64,000 nt of DNA, taken from the NCBI GenBank assembly GCA_902540595.1, contig CACBNI010000005.1:5716-69715 (forward strand). The letters are read 5' to 3'. Source of the stretch: an uncultured Pelagibacteraceae bacterium. Lineage in GTDB: Bacteria; Pseudomonadota; Alphaproteobacteria; Pelagibacterales; Pelagibacteraceae. How positions within the stretch are numbered: the first letter of the stretch is position 1; every line of letters begins with the position of its first letter. Made by a program: the position numbers and the translations under genes. This document shows, piece by piece, positions 60,483 to 64,000 of this stretch. The notes beneath the pieces are model-generated. The model did no database searches, was not told the DNA's origin, and was given only the letters and a program-made list of their open reading frames with translations.

Positions 60483-61036
60483 TGACTCCGAGATTAAAAG
60501 AAATATTTAATAAAGAAATTCAGCCAGCATTGAAAGATCAATTTGGATTTAAAAATATTTATATGGCACCAAAAATTGAAAAAATTGTTTTAAATATGGG
60601 TCTTGGATTAGATGCTTCAGATGCGAAAATTCTAAAATCTTGTGAAGAAGATATGGCTAAGATTACTGGACAAAAACCAGTTACAACAAAGTTTAAAAAG
60701 TCAGTTGCTAATTTTAAGACAAGAAAAGGATCTAATGCTGGTTTAAAAGTTACACTCAGAAAGAACAAAATGTATGAATTTTTAGATAGATTAGTTAATA
60801 TTGCTTTGCCTAGAATTAAAGATTTTAGAGGACTATCTCCAAAAGGATTTGACAAATTTGGCAATTACACATTTGGTATTAAAGAACATATAATTTTTCC
60901 TGAAGTTAGTTTTGATAGAGCTGATAAGGTGAGAGGGCTCGATATCATAATTGTAATTAAAGCTATTAATAAAGAACATAGTTTTGCATTATTAGAAAAA
61001 ATGAATTTTCCATTTATAAAAAAAGGAGATAATTAA
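60482..61036 (+). CDS. rplE: 50S ribosomal protein L5
   Basis: KIVLNMG, LPRIKDFRG, IFPE. Confidence 0.98.
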   Translation: MTPRLKEIFNKEIQPALKDQFGFKNIYMAPKIEKIVLNMGLGLDASDAKILKSCEEDMAKITGQKPVTTKFKKSVANFKTRKGSNAGLKVTLRKNKMYEFLDRLVNIALPRIKDFRGLSPKGFDKFGNYTFGIKEHIIFPEVSFDRADKVRGLDIIIVIKAINKEHSFALLEKMNFPFIKKGDN

Positions 61037-61038
61037 AC

Positions 61039-61344
61039 ATGGCTAAATTGAGCGCTGTAAACAAAAATAAAAGTAGAATTAAACTATCTGATAGGCTTTA
61101 CAAGAAAAGAGAAGCTTTGAAAAAAATAGTTATGGATAAAAAAATTACACTTGAAGAAAGATTTAAGGCACAACAAAAATTATCAAAGCTTCCAAGAAAC
61201 TCAGCAAAAACAAGAGTTATGAATAGATGTGAAATAACAGGAAGACCGCATGGAGTTTATAGAAAGTTAAAAATTTCAAGAATTGCATTAAGACAATTAG
61301 GATTACAAGGAAAGATACCAGGTTTAGTTAAATCCAGCTGGTAG
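61039..61344 (+). CDS. rpsN: 30S ribosomal protein S14
   Basis: LPRNS, RC.ITGR, PGLVKSSW. Confidence 0.98.
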   Translation: MAKLSAVNKNKSRIKLSDRLYKKREALKKIVMDKKITLEERFKAQQKLSKLPRNSAKTRVMNRCEITGRPHGVYRKLKISRIALRQLGLQGKIPGLVKSSW

Positions 61345-61355
61345 AAAGGATAATT

Positions 61356-61751
61356 ATGAGTTTAAGTGACCCAATAGGAGATATGATTGCAACAGTTAAA
61401 AATGCTCAAGCTAGAAATCATAAAAAAGTAGAATTGCCTTCTTCTAATTTTAAAACAAAAATTGCTGATATATTAAAAAATGAAGGATTTATAAAAGATT
61501 TCAAAATAAATGCTGAAGATAAAAAACCTACTTTATCCTTAGAATTAAAATATCATTCTGGAAATCCAGTTATTAGTGCATTTGAAAGAGTCTCAAAGCC
61601 TGGAAGAAGAATATTCTCAAGTGCAAGCGGTCTACCGAAAATTAATAATGGACTTGGTATTGCTATAATCTCTACACCAAAAGGTGTTATGACTGATATC
61701 GATGCCAGAAAACAAAAAGTCGGTGGAGAAATAATCTGTAAGGTATTTTAA
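61356..61751 (+). CDS. rpsH: 30S ribosomal protein S8
   Basis: DPIGDM, SKPGRR, GGEIIC. Confidence 0.98.
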   Translation: MSLSDPIGDMIATVKNAQARNHKKVELPSSNFKTKIADILKNEGFIKDFKINAEDKKPTLSLELKYHSGNPVISAFERVSKPGRRIFSSASGLPKINNGLGIAIISTPKGVMTDIDARKQKVGGEIICKVF

Positions 61752-62290
61752 TGTCTAAAATAGGTAAAATAAATATATCAATCCCTGAAAAAGTAAAAGT
61801 TGCTGTAGCTGGTGATATTATCAACATTGAGGGCCCATTAGGTAAAAAATCAATCAATATTGATCTTAATATGTTTAATTTAGATATAAAAGAGGGAAAA
61901 GAAATATCAATCAAACCCAAAAAGGTTGATCAAAATTCAAAAAGACTTTGGGGCATGAACAGGAGTTTAATTAATAATGCTGTTATAGGCTCTAGTGCTG
62001 GTTATGAAAAAATCTTAGAATTAGTTGGTGTAGGATACAGAGCTGCTCTTAAAGGTAATCAATTAAATTTACAATTAGGATATAGTCACGATATTGATTT
62101 CGATATACCAGAAGGGATTAAAATTGCAGTTGAAAAACAAACAACTTTAAAAATTACAGGCTCAGACAAGCAACTTGTTGGTGCTGTTGCATCCAAAATT
62201 AAAACCTTAAGAAAAATAGAACCTTATAAAGGTAAGGGAATAAGAGAAAAAGGACAATACGTTCTTAAAAAAGAAGGAAAGAAAAAATAA
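61751..62290 (+). CDS. rplF: 50S ribosomal protein L6
   Basis: GVGYRA, LGYSH, EPYKGKG. Confidence 0.98.
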   Translation: MSKIGKINISIPEKVKVAVAGDIINIEGPLGKKSINIDLNMFNLDIKEGKEISIKPKKVDQNSKRLWGMNRSLINNAVIGSSAGYEKILELVGVGYRAALKGNQLNLQLGYSHDIDFDIPEGIKIAVEKQTTLKITGSDKQLVGAVASKIKTLRKIEPYKGKGIREKGQYVLKKEGKKK

Positions 62291-62646
62291 TGAAACTAAA
62301 CACTAGCATTAGAAAAAGGTTTCGTGTAAGCAACAAAGTTAAAAGGGTTGCGGCAAGCGACAGATTTAGATTGAGTATCTCAAGATCAGCAAAAAATATT
62401 TCGGCTCAAATAATTGATGATATCAAAAAGGTAACATTATTGTCTGCATCTTCAGTTGAAAAGGACCTTAAGTCTGGTGAAAAAGTGAACAAAACTGAAC
62501 TATCTAAACTAGTGGCACAAAAATTAGCAAAAAAGGCTCAAGAAAAAAACATAACTAAAATCTATTTTGATAGAGGTTCGTATAAATATCATGGCAGAGT
62601 TAAAGCTTTTGCTGAAACTTTAAGAGAAAATGGAATGGAATTTTAA
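62290..62646 (+). CDS. rplR: 50S ribosomal protein L18
   Basis: AQIIDD, FDRG.YKYHGRV. Confidence 0.97.
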   Translation: MKLNTSIRKRFRVSNKVKRVAASDRFRLSISRSAKNISAQIIDDIKKVTLLSASSVEKDLKSGEKVNKTELSKLVAQKLAKKAQEKNITKIYFDRGSYKYHGRVKAFAETLRENGMEF

Positions 62647-62647
62647 T

Positions 62648-63163
62648 ATGGAAAATTTTAAAGATAAAAAAAACGACGATATACTAGAAAAATTAGTTCA
62701 CATAAACAGAATTACTAAAGTTGTGAAGGGTGGAAGAAGATTTGGTTTTTCAGCACTAGTCGTAGTTGGCAATCAAGCAGGAAAAATTGGAATAGCTCAT
62801 GCAAAGGCGAAACAAGTTCCAGATGCTATTAAAAAAGCTAATGAAATGGCAAGAAGAAAACTTACTCATATTCCTCTTAGGGAAGGCAGAACTATACATC
62901 ATGATGTTAAAGCAAAAGATGGTTCAGGTAGAATTGTTTTAAGAGCAGCATCTAAAGGAACAGGTATTATCGCTGGAGGACCAGTTAGAGCAGTTTGTGA
63001 AGTTTTAGGTGTAAAAGATATTGTGGCTAAATCAATGGGTACTTCTAATGCACACAATGTTATTAGAGCAACAATGAAAGCTTTACTGAAACAAAGTTCA
63101 CCTAAACAAATATCTGCAATAAGAAACAAGAAAATTTCAGAAATAGTTGAAAAAAGAGGATAA
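62648..63163 (+). CDS. rpsE: 30S ribosomal protein S5
   Basis: KVVKGGRRF, GTGIIAGG; ATG at 62648 avoids overlap with rplR. Confidence 0.98.
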   Translation: MENFKDKKNDDILEKLVHINRITKVVKGGRRFGFSALVVVGNQAGKIGIAHAKAKQVPDAIKKANEMARRKLTHIPLREGRTIHHDVKAKDGSGRIVLRAASKGTGIIAGGPVRAVCEVLGVKDIVAKSMGTSNAHNVIRATMKALLKQSSPKQISAIRNKKISEIVEKRG

Positions 63164-63615
63164 TGATAAGTTTAAATAACAGAGAAAAGATAAAAAAATC
63201 TAAAATTAGAGTTGGAAGAGGTATTGGTTCTGGTAAAGGCAAAACATCTGGTAGAGGAGTTAAAGGCCAAAAATCAAGATCCGGTGTCGCTATTAAAAGT
63301 TTTGAAGGTGGTCAAATGCCATTGTATAGAAGATTACCAAAGAGAGGATTTAATCCAATCTCAAAGGAACAAGTAGCAATTTTAAACTTAGAAAAAATTC
63401 AATCATATATTGATAAGAAAAATATAAACCCTAACGAAGTGCTTAATTCTGAATTATTAAAAAAGTTAAAATTAATAAATAAGAATTCAAAAAAACTTAA
63501 GATTTTAGGTACAGGTGAAGTTAAGGATAAAATTAATATTGAAGCAGATTTAGCTTCAAAGTCCGCAATAGAAAAACTTGAAAAAATTGGTGGATCTATT
63601 CAACTAAAAAAATAG
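63163..63615 (+). CDS. rplO: 50S ribosomal protein L15
   Basis: RVGRGIGSG.GKT, FEGGQMPL.RRLPKRGF. Confidence 0.98.
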   Translation: MISLNNREKIKKSKIRVGRGIGSGKGKTSGRGVKGQKSRSGVAIKSFEGGQMPLYRRLPKRGFNPISKEQVAILNLEKIQSYIDKKNINPNEVLNSELLKKLKLINKNSKKLKILGTGEVKDKINIEADLASKSAIEKLEKIGGSIQLKK

Positions 63616-63624
63616 TTAATTGAT

Positions 63625-64000
63625 ATGAGTGGTTCATCATCAACAACTGATTTACGAAATAGGGTAATATTTACTATCTTTATTCTTGCCGTATATAGAT
63701 TTGGAACATTTGTTCCTCTTCCTGGAATAGATCCAGAACAATTAAAGATAATGATGGATGGTAATCAGAAGGGATTGCTTGGAATGTTTAACGTGTTTGC
63801 AGGTGGTGCTGTTAGCCGAATGGCTATTTTTGCTCTTGGTATCATGCCATATATTTCATCTGCAATTATTGTTCAGCTTTTAACTGGGGTATCCGATTAT
63901 TTTAAAAATCTAAAAGCACAAGGTGAAACTGGCAGAGCAAAGATTACACAAATTACTAGATATGGAACTGTTTTGTTAGCAACTGTGCAAGGTTATGGAT
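63625..64000 (+). CDS. secY: Preprotein translocase SecY (5' part, runs off the window)
   Basis: Hand translation MSGSSSTTDLRNRVIFT...YRFG..VPLPGID...IFALGIMPYISSAIIVQL. Confidence 0.97.
   Translation, partial: MSGSSSTTDLRNRVIFTIFILAVYRFGTFVPLPGIDPEQLKIMMDGNQKGLLGMFNVFAGGAVSRMAIFALGIMPYISSAIIVQLLTGVSDYFKNLKAQGETGRAKITQITRYGTVLLATVQGYG

Noticed and set aside
832-63129. Short antisense or alternate-frame ORFs in the track (e.g. 832-1083, 21691-22014, 39935-40321, 43033-43500, 59129-59458)
   Set aside because: They lie within or largely overlap well-supported genes and look like shadow ORFs

Overview
AT-rich, densely packed alphaproteobacterial chromosome segment. Gene content, near-absent intergenic DNA and TAATG-coupled genes point to SAR11/Pelagibacterales (inferred). 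1-15.9 kb is housekeeping: class II DAHP synthase, nadE, cysS, cimA, rpsD, grxD/bolA, pur cluster, map, sfsA. 15.9-24.1 kb is an accessory metabolic block: a ComA-like gene, glycosyl-phosphoglycerate phosphatase and synthase and a GH63-like hydrolase, divergent from a TctC/TctA-TctB-fusion transporter and a second ComA-like gene. 24.1-38.3 kb is a tRNA-anchored variable region. Two tandem cassettes (9146 and 1733 bp) sit upstream of tRNA-Leu(TAA), each bounded by a duplicated promoter plus tRNA 5' half. A 2090-bp cassette is bounded by a duplicated 3' part of tRNA-Thr(TGT). None encodes a recognisable integrase, yet all carry precisely spaced arms with helically phased 10/11-bp repeats, and the repeat variant matches between the two ends of each cassette. 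A short MKKLLGIV signal-peptide-coding motif recurs at cargo junctions. 38.3-64 kb is rlmB, tRNAs Tyr/Gly/Trp, tuf, secE-nusG-rplKAJL-rpoBC and the str/S10/spc cluster to a partial secY. All protein calls come from motif recognition, not database searches.
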